A DNA stretch of 51,022 nucleotides from Betaproteobacteria bacterium RIFCSPLOWO2_02_FULL_66_14 (GTDB lineage Bacteria > Pseudomonadota > Gammaproteobacteria > Burkholderiales > SG8-39), in NCBI GenBank assembly GCA_001770475.1, contig MERB01000002.1, positions 37,008 to 88,029 on the forward strand, written 5' to 3'. Below, in pieces: positions 18,754 through 30,421 of this stretch (its first letter is position 1; every line of letters begins with the position of its first letter). Position numbers and translations under genes: made by a program. A model generated the notes under the pieces. That model worked only from the letters and a program-made list of their open reading frames with translations, searched no databases and had not been told where the DNA came from.

Positions 18754-19353
18754 GTGAACGCGCGCGATGCCGACCGTGAACTGGTTGCCCGAGCCCAGCG
18801 CGGCGACCAGCAGGCTTTCGGCTTGCTTGTCGAGAAGTATGAGCGCAAGCTCGCGCGGCTGCTGCAGCGGCTGATCCGCGATCCCGCCGAGGTCGAGGAC
18901 GTCGCTCAGGAGGCGTTCATCCGGGCCTATCGCGCGCTGCCCTCGTTTCGAGGCGACAGCGCGTTTTACACGTGGCTGTATCGAATCGGCGTGAACACCG
19001 CCAAGAACCATCTGATCGCGATGGGCCGGCGGGTGCCGACCACGACCGAGATCGATGCCGACTCGGCGGAGAACTACGGCGACGGCGATCTGCTGCGCGA
19101 CATCAACACGCCGGAGCGCCTGTTGATGTCCAAGGAGATCGGGGAAACGGTGAATGCTGCGATCGACGGATTGCCGGAGGAGTTGCGGCAGGCGATCCAG
19201 TTGCGCGAGCTCGACGGCATGAGCTACGAGGAGATCGCGACGATCATGGAGTGTCCGATCGGCACCGTGCGATCGAGGATTTTCCGGGCCCGCGAAGCAA
19301 TTGCACTGAAGCTTCGTCCGCTGCTGGGAACGGGCAAAGACCAGAGGTGGTGA
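18754..19353 (+). CDS. rpoE: RNA polymerase sigma-E factor
   Basis: LVARAQRGDQQAFGLLVEKYERKL...DVAQEAFIRAYRAL, followed by an anti-sigma gene and rseB. Confidence 0.95.
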   Translation: MNARDADRELVARAQRGDQQAFGLLVEKYERKLARLLQRLIRDPAEVEDVAQEAFIRAYRALPSFRGDSAFYTWLYRIGVNTAKNHLIAMGRRVPTTTEIDADSAENYGDGDLLRDINTPERLLMSKEIGETVNAAIDGLPEELRQAIQLRELDGMSYEEIATIMECPIGTVRSRIFRAREAIALKLRPLLGTGKDQRW

Positions 19354-19880
19354 TGAAACAGAAGATATCCGAGTTGGTCGACGGCGAACTCGAGGGCCGC
19401 GAGGCGGACGCTGCGCTGACGGCAGCTCGCGACAAGGACGAAGCTCGCGAAGCCTGGCGCACCTATCATCTGATCAGCGATGCCATGCGCGAAACGCAGC
19501 TGCTTTCGCCGGGATTCGCCGCCCGCGTCTCGGCGCGCATCGCGCAGGAACCGGTGGTGCTCGCGCCCGCGCCGCGGCTCGAATCGACGCGGATGCGCTC
19601 GTTTGGCCAGCGTGTCGCCGCAGGAATTGCCGCGGTCGCGATGGTCGGAGGCCTTTGGTGGGGATGGGCAGTCGAACCGACGTCGCAGGGACCGTCGCCC
19701 CAGGCGAAATCACGGGGAACGGCTGCCGTCGTCCAGGCTGAGCCTGCGCGCGTGGCCCCCCCGGCGGAAGCGCACGACTATCTGCTGGCGCACCAGCGCT
19801 ATTCGCCGCGCAATTCGCTCCAGGGCATGGCGACCTACGTCCGCACGGTGTCGGCGGACGGCGGGGCGCGCAAGCCGTGA
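19353..19880 (+). CDS. rseA: Anti-sigma-E factor (RseA/MucA type)
   Basis: MKQKISELVDGELEG...WRTYHLISDAM. Its ATG overlaps the rpoE TGA (ATGA). Confidence 0.85.
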   Translation: MKQKISELVDGELEGREADAALTAARDKDEAREAWRTYHLISDAMRETQLLSPGFAARVSARIAQEPVVLAPAPRLESTRMRSFGQRVAAGIAAVAMVGGLWWGWAVEPTSQGPSPQAKSRGTAAVVQAEPARVAPPAEAHDYLLAHQRYSPRNSLQGMATYVRTVSADGGARKP

Positions 19881-20830
19881 GGGTTCTCGTCCTGCTGCTT
19901 GCGCTGGCGGCAGGACTGGCGCAGGCGCAAAGCCCGCTCGAAGCGCTGACGCTGCTGCGCAGGATGCAGCAGGCGACCGAAAAGCTCTCCTACACCGGCA
20001 CCTTCGTCTACCAGCAGGGCGAGCGCAACGAGACCTCGCGAATCACGCACCTCGCGGACGCGGCGGGCGGGGTCGATCGACTCGAGGTGCTCGACGGTCT
20101 GCCACGCGAAATCGTGCGCACCCGCGACAGCATTCGCTGCTACCTTCCGGAAAGCCACGTGGTCAAGGTCGAGCGGCGGACCGACGCCCGCGTGTTTCCT
20201 TCGCTGCTGCCGGAGGACCTGCGGGTACTGGCGCAGCACTACGTGATTTCGCTCGACGGGCGGAGTCGCGTCGCCGGCCTGGACTGCGACGGGGTGCTGC
20301 TTGCACCGCGCGACGAGTTGCGCTACGGCCAGCGATTCTGCGCCGACGCGAAAACGGGCATGCTTCTGAAGGCGCGCGTCCAGGACGCGCAGGGACGGAT
20401 GATCGAGCAGTTCACCTTCCTCCAGATCTCGATCGGCAAGGTTGGGCGCGACAAGGTGAAACCCAGTCATGCCGCGCGTGGCTGGAGGGTCGAGGAGACC
20501 TCGGCATTGCCGGCCGATCTTGCGGCAGCCGGATGGGACATCAGCAGCGATCTTCCTGGATTCCGCAAGGTTGCCGAAGTGCGGCGCAGGCTGCGCGAAT
20601 CCGGGAGCGTGGGACAGGTCGTGTATTCCGACGGTCTCGCCGCGGTCTCGGTGTTCGTCGAGCCTCTGGCGGGACGTACCGAGCCGGTGCGCCCGGGATT
20701 ATCGAACCTGGGCGCGATCAACATCATGACGCGCGAGGTGGCGGAGCATCTCGTGACGGTTGTCGGTGAAACCCCGGCCACGAGCGTGCAGCGTATTGCC
20801 AATCGCGTCACTTTCAAGATTCCGCAGTGA
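19877..20830 (+). CDS. rseB: Sigma-E regulatory protein RseB/MucB
   Basis: A signal peptide is present, along with LSYTGTFVYQQGERNETSRITH. Confidence 0.88.
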   Translation: MRVLVLLLALAAGLAQAQSPLEALTLLRRMQQATEKLSYTGTFVYQQGERNETSRITHLADAAGGVDRLEVLDGLPREIVRTRDSIRCYLPESHVVKVERRTDARVFPSLLPEDLRVLAQHYVISLDGRSRVAGLDCDGVLLAPRDELRYGQRFCADAKTGMLLKARVQDAQGRMIEQFTFLQISIGKVGRDKVKPSHAARGWRVEETSALPADLAAAGWDISSDLPGFRKVAEVRRRLRESGSVGQVVYSDGLAAVSVFVEPLAGRTEPVRPGLSNLGAINIMTREVAEHLVTVVGETPATSVQRIANRVTFKIPQ

Positions 20831-20853
20831 ATCGCAACAAGGAGAATCCAAGC

Positions 20854-22281
20854 ATGTACTGGTTGAGAGTTCTCGCCGCAGCGGCGGCGCTGTCGGCAGG
20901 CACGATGGGGTATGCGCAGACGAGGGACCTTCCGGATTTCACGCGGCTGGTCGAAGACCAGGGCGCGGCAGTGGTCAACGTCAGCACGACCCAGGCGGTG
21001 CGACGCTCCGCGCTGCCCCAGTTTCCGGGAATCGAGGACGAGGAAGTGCTCGAGTTCTTCCGTCGCTTCATCCCGCGACAGCAGCCGAGCCCGAGCCCGG
21101 GGCCGCGCGCCGAGCCGCGATCCCTCGGTTCGGGATTCGTCATCAGCCAGGACGGCTACATCCTCACCAACGCGCATGTGGTCGAAGGCGCGGAGGAAAT
21201 CAACGTACGGCTGACGGACAAGCGCGAGTTCAAGGCAAAGGTCATCGGCAGCGACCGGCGGACCGACGTGGCCCTGATCAAGATCGAGGCGACGGGCCTT
21301 CCGGTGGTGCGCTTTGGCGACCCCGTCAAGCTGAAGGTCGGAGAGTGGGTGGTCGCGATCGGATCGCCATTCGGATTCGAGAACTCGGTTACCGCCGGCA
21401 TCGTTTCGGCCAAGGGGCGTTCGCTGCCGCAGGAGAATTTCGTGCCTTTCATTCAGACCGACGTCGCGATCAACCCCGGGAATTCCGGCGGTCCGCTGTT
21501 CAACATGAAAGGCGAGGTCGTCGGCATCAACTCACAGATCTACAGCCGCACGGGCGGATTCATGGGGCTGTCGTTCGCCATCCCGATTGACGTCGCGCTC
21601 GACGTGCAGAACCAGCTGCGCGACAAGGGCCGCGTTTCGCGCGGCCGCATCGGCGTCGTGATCCAGGAAGTGACGCGGGACATTGCGACCTCGTTCGGGC
21701 TCGATCGGCCCCGAGGGGCGCTGGTCAATACCGTAGAGAAGGGTGGTCCTGCCGACAAGGCCGGATTCGAGGCGACCGACATCGTCACCCGGTTCGACGG
21801 CAAGGCGGTCGAATCTTCGAGCGACCTGCCGCGGATCGTCGGCGCGACCCGCCCGGGGAGCCAGGTCCCGGTCGAGGTCTGGCGCAAGGGTACGCCGCGT
21901 ACGTTCACCGTGACGGTGGGCGAACTCAAGGAAGATCGCGTCGCGTCGCGGGACCTGCCGCGCGGGGCGAAGCCCCCGGAACTGGCGGCCAATCGCCTCG
22001 GCATCGTGGTGGGCGAGCTGTCTGCCGAACAGAAGAAGGAAACCTCTCTCAGCCACGGCGTGGTCGTCGTCGAGGTCAAGCCGGAGGCGCGGATCGACGT
22101 TCGGAAAGGCGACGTTCTCCTGACCATGGTGCACAAGGGCCAGCACACGGAACTGAAGTCCGTGGAGCAGCTCACCAAGCTGCTGAACGGTCTGGACAAG
22201 AGCGCGGTCCTCACCTTCCAGGTGCGGCGCGGCGAGAGCACCGCCTTCGTCACGGTCACCGGATTGGGAGAAAAGGGCTGA
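20854..22281 (+). CDS. degP: Periplasmic serine endoprotease, DegP/DegQ/MucD family
   Basis: It has a signal peptide, the catalytic-triad context TNAHVV...DVALIK...GNSGGPL and two PDZ-like regions. The ATG at 20854 is preceded by AAGGAGA. Confidence 0.93.
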   Translation: MYWLRVLAAAAALSAGTMGYAQTRDLPDFTRLVEDQGAAVVNVSTTQAVRRSALPQFPGIEDEEVLEFFRRFIPRQQPSPSPGPRAEPRSLGSGFVISQDGYILTNAHVVEGAEEINVRLTDKREFKAKVIGSDRRTDVALIKIEATGLPVVRFGDPVKLKVGEWVVAIGSPFGFENSVTAGIVSAKGRSLPQENFVPFIQTDVAINPGNSGGPLFNMKGEVVGINSQIYSRTGGFMGLSFAIPIDVALDVQNQLRDKGRVSRGRIGVVIQEVTRDIATSFGLDRPRGALVNTVEKGGPADKAGFEATDIVTRFDGKAVESSSDLPRIVGATRPGSQVPVEVWRKGTPRTFTVTVGELKEDRVASRDLPRGAKPPELAANRLGIVVGELSAEQKKETSLSHGVVVVEVKPEARIDVRKGDVLLTMVHKGQHTELKSVEQLTKLLNGLDKSAVLTFQVRRGESTAFVTVTGLGEKG

Positions 22282-22318
22282 AACGCGGCGGCGTGCGGTA
22301 GAATGCACGCTTTCGCAG

Positions 22319-22345
22319 AAAAGGGTGCCGCAGGCACCCTTTTTT
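22319..22345 (+). terminator. Intrinsic terminator after degP, ending 4 nt before the lepA ATG
   Basis: AAAAGGGTGCC-GCA-GGCACCCTTTTTT. Confidence 0.65.
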
Positions 22346-22349
22346 GATT

Positions 22350-24142
<1,793 letters not shown>

Positions 24143-24146
<4 letters not shown>

Positions 24147-24931
24147 GCTTCGCGCTGTTCCTGCTGATCCTGCTGGTGGTGACCGGCGCGGTGTGGGGGC
24201 TCGAAACGGGCCGGCTGGCGCGGCGGCGCGAGGCCGGATCGAAACAGCCCTGGTGGGTCGAGTACTCGGTCAGCTTCTTTCCGGTCATCCTGATCGTGTT
24301 CCTGCTGAGATCGTTCCTGGTCGAGCCGTTCAAGATTCCTTCCGGGTCCATGATCCCGACCCTGCTGGTGGGCGATTTCATCCTGGTCAACAAGTACGTC
24401 TACGGAATCCGGATTCCGGTCTGGAACCGCAAGGTGATCGAAGTGGCGCGCCCGGAGCGCGGCGACGTGATGGTGTTTCGTTACCCGCCCGACCCGTCGC
24501 TCGATTACATCAAGCGGGTAGTGGGACTGCCGGGGGACCGGATCGAGTACCGGGGAACCCGCCTCGCGATCAACGGCGAACCGGTTCCGGTGCGCCGGAT
24601 CGACGACTACCTGTTCAAGGAGCGCATGCAGTTTTCCGACCGCTACATCGAGAAGCTCGGCGCGGTCGAGCACCAAATCCTGGTGGAGGGGGACGCGCCC
24701 CAGGTGAGCTCGCCCGGCCGCGTGTTCCCGTTCGCCGCGAATTGCCACTACAATGTCGACGGCCTGAGTTGCACCGTGCCGCCGGGCCATTACTTCGTCA
24801 TGGGCGATAACCGGGACAATTCGAGCGACAGCCGGGTCTGGGGGTTCGTGCCGGACGAAAACATCGTCGGCAAGGCTTTCCTGATCTGGCTCAATTTCAA
24901 CGAACTCGGGCGCTTCGGCTCGTTCAGGTGA
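24143..24931 (+). CDS. lepB: Signal peptidase I
   Basis: [22 protein letters not shown] (catalytic Ser), [10 protein letters not shown] and [11 protein letters not shown] are present. The ATG overlaps the lepA stop. Confidence 0.95.
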
Positions 24932-24954
24932 CGCGGCGCCTCGGAGAATTCGAC

Positions 24955-25320
24955 ATGCAAGATCGCCAGCGTGGCATCACGATCACCGGGCTGATCATCG
25001 GCGCAATTCTGCTCGTCATCGTCGCCTTGCTCGCGATGAAGGTGGTGCCGCCTTACATGGAATATTTCAACGCAAAAAAACTAATCACGCAGATCGCGAA
25101 CGAGGGCAAGTCTTCGGTCGGCGAAGTCCGCCAGGCCTGGGATCTCAAATCCTCGATCGACAACGTGACGGTGATCAAGTCTTCCGACCTGGAGGTGACG
25201 AAAGAAGGTGGCGAGGTCGTGATTTCGTTCTCCTACCGCAACGAAATCCCGTTGTTCGGAAACGCCGGCATCTACCTGGATTTCGCGGCCAATTCCAAGG
25301 GCAGGGAAAGGGCTCCCTGA
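24955..25320 (+). CDS. DUF4845-like small membrane-anchored protein
   Basis: A transmembrane segment [19 protein letters not shown] is present. It lies between lepB and rnc. The ATG follows GGAGAA. Confidence 0.7.
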   Translation: MQDRQRGITITGLIIGAILLVIVALLAMKVVPPYMEYFNAKKLITQIANEGKSSVGEVRQAWDLKSSIDNVTVIKSSDLEVTKEGGEVVISFSYRNEIPLFGNAGIYLDFAANSKGRERAP

Positions 25321-25327
25321 CCGACAC

Positions 25328-25999
25328 TTGGCCCGCTTCCCGGTCCTCGAGCGGCGCATCGGCCACCGCTTTGCCGACGCCTCGCTGCTCGAACAGTCAC
25401 TGACCCACCGCAGTTTCGGCTCGCCGCACAACGAGCGCCTGGAATTCCTCGGCGACGGAGTGCTTGGCTGCGCCATCGCCGAGGATCTCTGCGCCCGGTT
25501 TCCGCGGCTCGACGAAGGTTCTCTGTCGCGTCTTCGCGCCACCCTGGTTCGCGAAGCGACGCTCGCGCAGGTCGCGCGCGGAATCGATCTTTCGGAGTTC
25601 CTGCGCCTGGGGGAGGGCGAGATCGCCAGCGGCGGGGTGGCTCGTCCGTCGATCCTCGCGGACGCGCTGGAAGCGCTCTACGGCGCGGTGTTTCTCGACG
25701 CGGGATTCGAGGCCGCGCGGCGCGTGATCCGGCAGACGTTCGGCGCGCGGCTCGAGGGCGTCGACGAGCGCGCCCCAACCAAGGATGCCAAGACGCGCCT
25801 GCAGGAATACCTGCAGGGACGCCGCATGAATCTTCCCCGCTATTCGGTCACGGCGACCCACGGCGCGGCACACCGGCAGACGTTCGACGTCGAGTGTGCG
25901 GTCGATGAACTGGGGTTCGTGGCGCGGGGCACGGGCGCGTCCCGGCGCTCGGCCGAACAGAAGGCGGCCGAAGCAATGCTGCTGCAGCTGCCGGCATGA
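25328..25999 (+). CDS. rnc: Ribonuclease III
   Basis: [23 protein letters not shown] and a C-terminal dsRBD are present. The start codon is TTG. Confidence 0.95.
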   Translation: MARFPVLERRIGHRFADASLLEQSLTHRSFGSPHNERLEFLGDGVLGCAIAEDLCARFPRLDEGSLSRLRATLVREATLAQVARGIDLSEFLRLGEGEIASGGVARPSILADALEALYGAVFLDAGFEAARRVIRQTFGARLEGVDERAPTKDAKTRLQEYLQGRRMNLPRYSVTATHGAAHRQTFDVECAVDELGFVARGTGASRRSAEQKAAEAMLLQLPA

Positions 26000-26880
26000 G
26001 CGCGTTCCGCTGCGGCACGGTGGCGTTCGCCGGACGCCCGAACACCGGCAAATCCAGCCTCCTCAATCGGCTGCTGGGACAGAAGCTCGCGATCGTCTCT
26101 TCGAAAGCCCAGACCACCCGCCACCGCCTCACCGGAATCCTCACGACCGGGGATTGCCAGTACGTTTTCATCGACCTGCCCGGCTACCAGACGCGCCATT
26201 CGGGCGCGCTCAATCGCGCGCTGAATCGGACCGCCAGCGAAGGTGCGCGCGACGCCGACGTCACGCTGTTCGTTCTCGAGGCGCCGCGCTACACGCCGGC
26301 GGACGCGGAAGCGCTCGCCTGCATTCCGCCATCGCAACCGACGGTCGCAGCGGTGAACAAGATCGACCTCGTCAGGCGCAAGTCCGACCTGCTGCCGTTC
26401 ATCGACCGCCTGCAGGGTGAGCGCGCGTTCGCCGCGATCGTTCCGGTTTCCGCGCGCAGCGGGCGGAACCTGCCGGAGCTGATGAGGGTCCTGCGCGAAC
26501 GCCTGCCAGAAGGCCCGCCGGCCTATCCTGACGATCAGTTCACCGACCGCGACGAGCGCTTTCTCGCCGCCGAAATCCTGCGCGAGAAACTGTTTCGCGC
26601 GCTCGGCCAGGAACTGCCGTACCGCTGCGAAGCGGTGATCGACATTTTCAAACAGGAGCCACGCCTGCGGCGCATCGAGGCGACCATCTGGGTCGAGCGC
26701 GCCAGCCAGAAGGCGATCGTGATCGGAAAGGGCGGCGAGACGCTGAAGCGGATTTCCTCGGCGGCCCGACGCGACATGGAGCGCCTGTACGGCGGGCCCG
26801 TCTATCTCGGCACCTGGGTCAAGGTGAAAAGCGACTGGACCGACAATGCGCGCGCCCTGCGGCAGCTGGGGTACGCGTGA
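25996..26880 (+). CDS. era: GTPase Era
   Basis: [20 protein letters not shown] and a KH domain are present. Confidence 0.95.
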   Translation: MSAFRCGTVAFAGRPNTGKSSLLNRLLGQKLAIVSSKAQTTRHRLTGILTTGDCQYVFIDLPGYQTRHSGALNRALNRTASEGARDADVTLFVLEAPRYTPADAEALACIPPSQPTVAAVNKIDLVRRKSDLLPFIDRLQGERAFAAIVPVSARSGRNLPELMRVLRERLPEGPPAYPDDQFTDRDERFLAAEILREKLFRALGQELPYRCEAVIDIFKQEPRLRRIEATIWVERASQKAIVIGKGGETLKRISSAARRDMERLYGGPVYLGTWVKVKSDWTDNARALRQLGYA

Positions 26881-27596
26881 CGCGCCGCCGGATCCTGCAG
26901 GATCCCGGGTACGTGTTGCACAGCTACGCGTACAAAGAGAGCAGCCTGATCGTCGAAATGTTCACCCGGCAGTCCGGGCGCGTTGGACTGCTTGCGCGCG
27001 GCGCGCGGCGCGCGCGCTCGTCCTTGCGCGGCACCTTGCTTGCGTTTCACCCGCTGCGCGTGTCCTGGAGCGGGTCCGGCGAATTGGGCACGCTATCCTC
27101 CGTGGAATGGATCGGCGGTCAGACTTCGCTCTCCGGCATCGGCGTGATGTGCGGGTTCTACCTGAACGAGCTGCTGCTGCGTCTTCTGCCGCGCGAAGAC
27201 CCTCACGAGGCGCTGTTTGCCGCGTACTCCGGCGCGCTCACGCAACTGGCTTCCGGAACCGGACATGCGGCGGCACTGCGCAGTTTCGAGCGGCGCCTGC
27301 TGGTCGAACTCGGGTATGCTCCGCCGCTTGAGCGCGACGCCGCGACCGGAGGACCGGTCGTCCCGGAGCGGCGCTACGAATACGATCCGGACCGGGGCCC
27401 GGTCGCGGCGAACGGCGGCGAAGCGGACGCCCGCACCGTGCTCGGCCAGACGCTGCTCGACATGGCGCGCGACGACTACACGCGCGAGGCGACGCGCGAC
27501 GAAGCCCGCCAACTGCTTCGCAGCCTGATCGCGCGCCGGCTCGGAGGACAGGCCTTGCACACGCGCACGGTGCTCTCGGAACTCCAGGACCTATGA
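26877..27596 (+). CDS. recO: DNA repair protein RecO
   Basis: GYVLHSYAYKESSLIVEMFT, plus era-recO-pdxJ synteny. Confidence 0.9.
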   Translation: MTRRRILQDPGYVLHSYAYKESSLIVEMFTRQSGRVGLLARGARRARSSLRGTLLAFHPLRVSWSGSGELGTLSSVEWIGGQTSLSGIGVMCGFYLNELLLRLLPREDPHEALFAAYSGALTQLASGTGHAAALRSFERRLLVELGYAPPLERDAATGGPVVPERRYEYDPDRGPVAANGGEADARTVLGQTLLDMARDDYTREATRDEARQLLRSLIARRLGGQALHTRTVLSELQDL

Positions 27597-28351
27597 TCGA
27601 ACTGGGCGTCAACGTCGATCACGTCGCCACGATCCGGCAGGCGCGCCGGACCTATGAGCCGGACCCGGTGTGGGCCGCGATGGAGGCGCAACTCGGCGGC
27701 GCCGATGGCATCACGGTGCACTTGCGGGAGGACCGCAGGCACATCCAGGACGAGGACGTCGGGCGCCTGCGCGAACTCGCGCAGATCAGACTCAACCTGG
27801 AAATGGCGGCGACCGACGAAATGGTCGCCATCGCCTGCCGCGTCCGGCCCGAGATGGCGATGCTGGTGCCCGAAGGGCGCCACGAGATCACGACCGAAGG
27901 CGGGCTCGACGTCGCAGCCCAAGAGCCACGGCTGCGCCTGCAGGTGGCCCGGCTTGCCGACGCCGGAATCACGGTGTCCGTGTTCATCGACGCAGAGCTG
28001 CGCCAGATCGAAGCCGCGCAACGGATCGGCGCTGCCGTATGCGAAGTACACACGGGTCCGTACGCGCATGCGTTTCACGCCGCCGGGCGAGACCCCGGCA
28101 CGGAGGCGGTCGCGGTGGAGATCGAACGGATCTCGCGCGCGGGCGAGACGATTCAGGCGCTCGGGATGCGCTTCAATGCCGGTCACGCCCTGAATTACTT
28201 CAACGTCCAGCCGGTGGCAAGGCTTTCGGGAGTGCGCGCGCTGCACATCGGGCATGCCATCGTCAGCCGCGCAGTGTTCGTCGGCCTGCGCGAAGCGGTC
28301 CGGGAAATGAAGCGGCTCATGCTCGAGGCCGCGGGATCGACCGCGGCATGA
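27593..28351 (+). CDS. pdxJ: Pyridoxine 5'-phosphate synthase
   Basis: LGVNVDHVATIRQAR and HLREDRRHI are present. Confidence 0.95.
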   Translation: MIELGVNVDHVATIRQARRTYEPDPVWAAMEAQLGGADGITVHLREDRRHIQDEDVGRLRELAQIRLNLEMAATDEMVAIACRVRPEMAMLVPEGRHEITTEGGLDVAAQEPRLRLQVARLADAGITVSVFIDAELRQIEAAQRIGAAVCEVHTGPYAHAFHAAGRDPGTEAVAVEIERISRAGETIQALGMRFNAGHALNYFNVQPVARLSGVRALHIGHAIVSRAVFVGLREAVREMKRLMLEAAGSTAA

Positions 28352-28370
28352 AGGTTTCGCGTCCGCGCGG

Positions 28371-28766
28371 ATGATCTACGGCATCGGCACCGACCTGATC
28401 GAGATCCAGCGCATCGAACGCGTGCTGGCGCGTTTCGGCGAGCGTTTCGCGCGACGCATCCTGTGCGACCCGGAACTCGCGCGGTTTCGCGGGCACCGCC
28501 GGCCGGTCGCCTACCTGGCGAAACGGTTCGCTGCCAAAGAGGCGTTCACGAAGGCGCTTGGCACCGGAATTCACGCACCCGCCAACTGGCATGGCGTGTG
28601 GGTCAGCAACCTGCGTTCCGGCAAGCCGGTGCTCGAGTTCTCGCCGCAGCTCAGGGCGCTGCTCGAATCCCGCGGCATCCACCGGTCACACGTTTCGCTC
28701 ACCGACGAACGCGAAATTGCCGGCGCGACCGTCATCCTCGAAACCGGCCCCGCGGTGGCACCGTGA
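28371..28766 (+). CDS. acpS: Holo-ACP synthase
   Basis: MIYGIGTDLIEIQRIE and AAKEAFTKALG are present. Confidence 0.93.
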   Translation: MIYGIGTDLIEIQRIERVLARFGERFARRILCDPELARFRGHRRPVAYLAKRFAAKEAFTKALGTGIHAPANWHGVWVSNLRSGKPVLEFSPQLRALLESRGIHRSHVSLTDEREIAGATVILETGPAVAP

Positions 28767-29782
28767 GGAAACGCCTGCCGCTGGGGCCTGCGATGCTCGA
28801 TCCGGTCGGTCCGGAGCTCACCGACGACGATCGCCGCAGGCTGCAGCACCCGGCGAGCGGCGGAGCCATCCTGTTCGCACGAAATTACGTGAATCCCGCA
28901 CAGCTTTGCGCGCTGACCTCGGAAATCCGCTCGCTGCGCGCGCCGGAACTCATCGTCTGCGTCGATCACGAAGGCGGACGCGTGCAGCGTTTCCGCGAGG
29001 GCTTCACTGCGATTCCTTCGATGCGCCGCCTGGGCGTGCAATGGGACCGCGATCGCGACGCCGCACGCAAGGCGGCGCGCGCCGTCGGCGTCGTGATCGC
29101 GTCCGAGCTGGGCGCGCACGGGGTCGATTTCAGCTTTGCGCCGGTGCTCGACCTCGACTACGGATCGAGTTCGGTGATCGGAGAGCGAGCGCTGCATTTC
29201 GACCCGCTTGCGGTCGGGGCGCTGGCGAGCGAACTCATTCGCGGGCTCGCGGAGTGCGGCGTGCAGGCGGTGGGCAAGCATTTTCCCGGCCACGGTTTTG
29301 CGGCGCTCGATTCGCACGTCGCGCTGCCGCGCGACGAGCGGTCCGTGGCGGAGATCGTGAACAAGGACCTGCCGCCCTACCGCGCAGCGATCGCGGCGGG
29401 ACTGGGCGGCGTGATGCCCGCGCACGTGATCTACCCGCAGGCCGACGCGGAACCTGCCGGGTATTCGACGTACTGGCTGCAACGCGTGCTGCGCGAAAGC
29501 CTCGGATTCAGGGGTTTGATCTTCAGCGACGACCTGTCGATGGAAGGTGCCGGAACGGCGGGCGGAATCGCCGAGCGGGCGGCTGCGGCGCTCGGTGCCG
29601 GCTGCGACATGGTGCTGCTCTGCGGGGACCCGGAAGGTCAGGACCGACTGCTCGAGTCACTCGGACGCACCGCACTCGCTTCACCTGCCGGACTGGAACC
29701 GATGCGCCGAAAAGGACAACGCGACTACCGCAAGAGCGTCGCCTATCGCGAGGCGCTTGCGACGCTGGCCCTGCTCGAGTGA
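28763..29782 (+). CDS. nagZ: Beta-N-acetylhexosaminidase NagZ
   Basis: LGPAMLDPVGPELTDDDRRRLQHPASGGAILFARNY, VDHEGGRVQRF and KHFPGHG are present. The GTG at 28763 overlaps the acpS stop. Confidence 0.9.
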   Translation: MRKRLPLGPAMLDPVGPELTDDDRRRLQHPASGGAILFARNYVNPAQLCALTSEIRSLRAPELIVCVDHEGGRVQRFREGFTAIPSMRRLGVQWDRDRDAARKAARAVGVVIASELGAHGVDFSFAPVLDLDYGSSSVIGERALHFDPLAVGALASELIRGLAECGVQAVGKHFPGHGFAALDSHVALPRDERSVAEIVNKDLPPYRAAIAAGLGGVMPAHVIYPQADAEPAGYSTYWLQRVLRESLGFRGLIFSDDLSMEGAGTAGGIAERAAAALGAGCDMVLLCGDPEGQDRLLESLGRTALASPAGLEPMRRKGQRDYRKSVAYREALATLALLE

Positions 29783-29801
29783 GCCGACGGCGCGGATGCC
29801 G

Positions 29802-30368
29802 TCAGGCGCGTTCCATGTAACTGCCGTCGTTGGTGCTGACCTTGATGCGCTCGCCCTGATCGATGAACGGCGGGACCTGGACGATCAGTCCGGTGTCGGT
29901 CGTTGCGGGTTTGAACATGTTGGTCGCGGTCGCATTCCGGATGCCGGGCTCGGTTTCGGTGACCGTGAGCACCACCGAAGCCGGCAGTTCGAGCCCGATC
30001 GCGCGGCCGTCGTAGAAGTTGACCTGCACGTCCGTGTTGGGCAGCAGGTAGCCCGTCTGTCCCTCGAGGAATTCCGTCGACAGCGACAGCTGCTCGTAAT
30101 TCTGCTTGTCCATGAAGACGTAGGATTCGCCGTCCTGGTAGAGATACTCCATGTCGCGCGTGTCGACGAATGCGCGCTCGACCTTGTCCTCGGTGCGGAA
30201 ACGCTGGTTGGTCTTGGTGCCGGCCTCGATGTCCTTCATCTCCACCTGCATGAAGGCGCCGCCGCGGCCGCCCACGTGTACGTGGTAGCACTTGATCACG
30301 CGCCAGACGCGCTTGTCCCACTCGAGCAGATTGCCGACGCGGATTTCGACTGCGGAAACTTTAGACAT
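29802..30368 (-). CDS. efp: Elongation factor P, with an Arg-tipped GGRGG loop
   Basis: It has the three-domain EF-P pattern. The loop reads HVHVGGRGGAFMQVEMK and the C-terminus reads VQVPPFIDQGERIKVSTNDGSYMERA. Confidence 0.9.
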   Translation of the reverse strand: MSKVSAVEIRVGNLLEWDKRVWRVIKCYHVHVGGRGGAFMQVEMKDIEAGTKTNQRFRTEDKVERAFVDTRDMEYLYQDGESYVFMDKQNYEQLSLSTEFLEGQTGYLLPNTDVQVNFYDGRAIGLELPASVVLTVTETEPGIRNATATNMFKPATTDTGLIVQVPPFIDQGERIKVSTNDGSYMERA

Positions 30369-30421
30369 GACTGCCAGCTTTCCGGGAAGGGGGCGAATTC
30401 TACACGATTTATAATTCCGGA

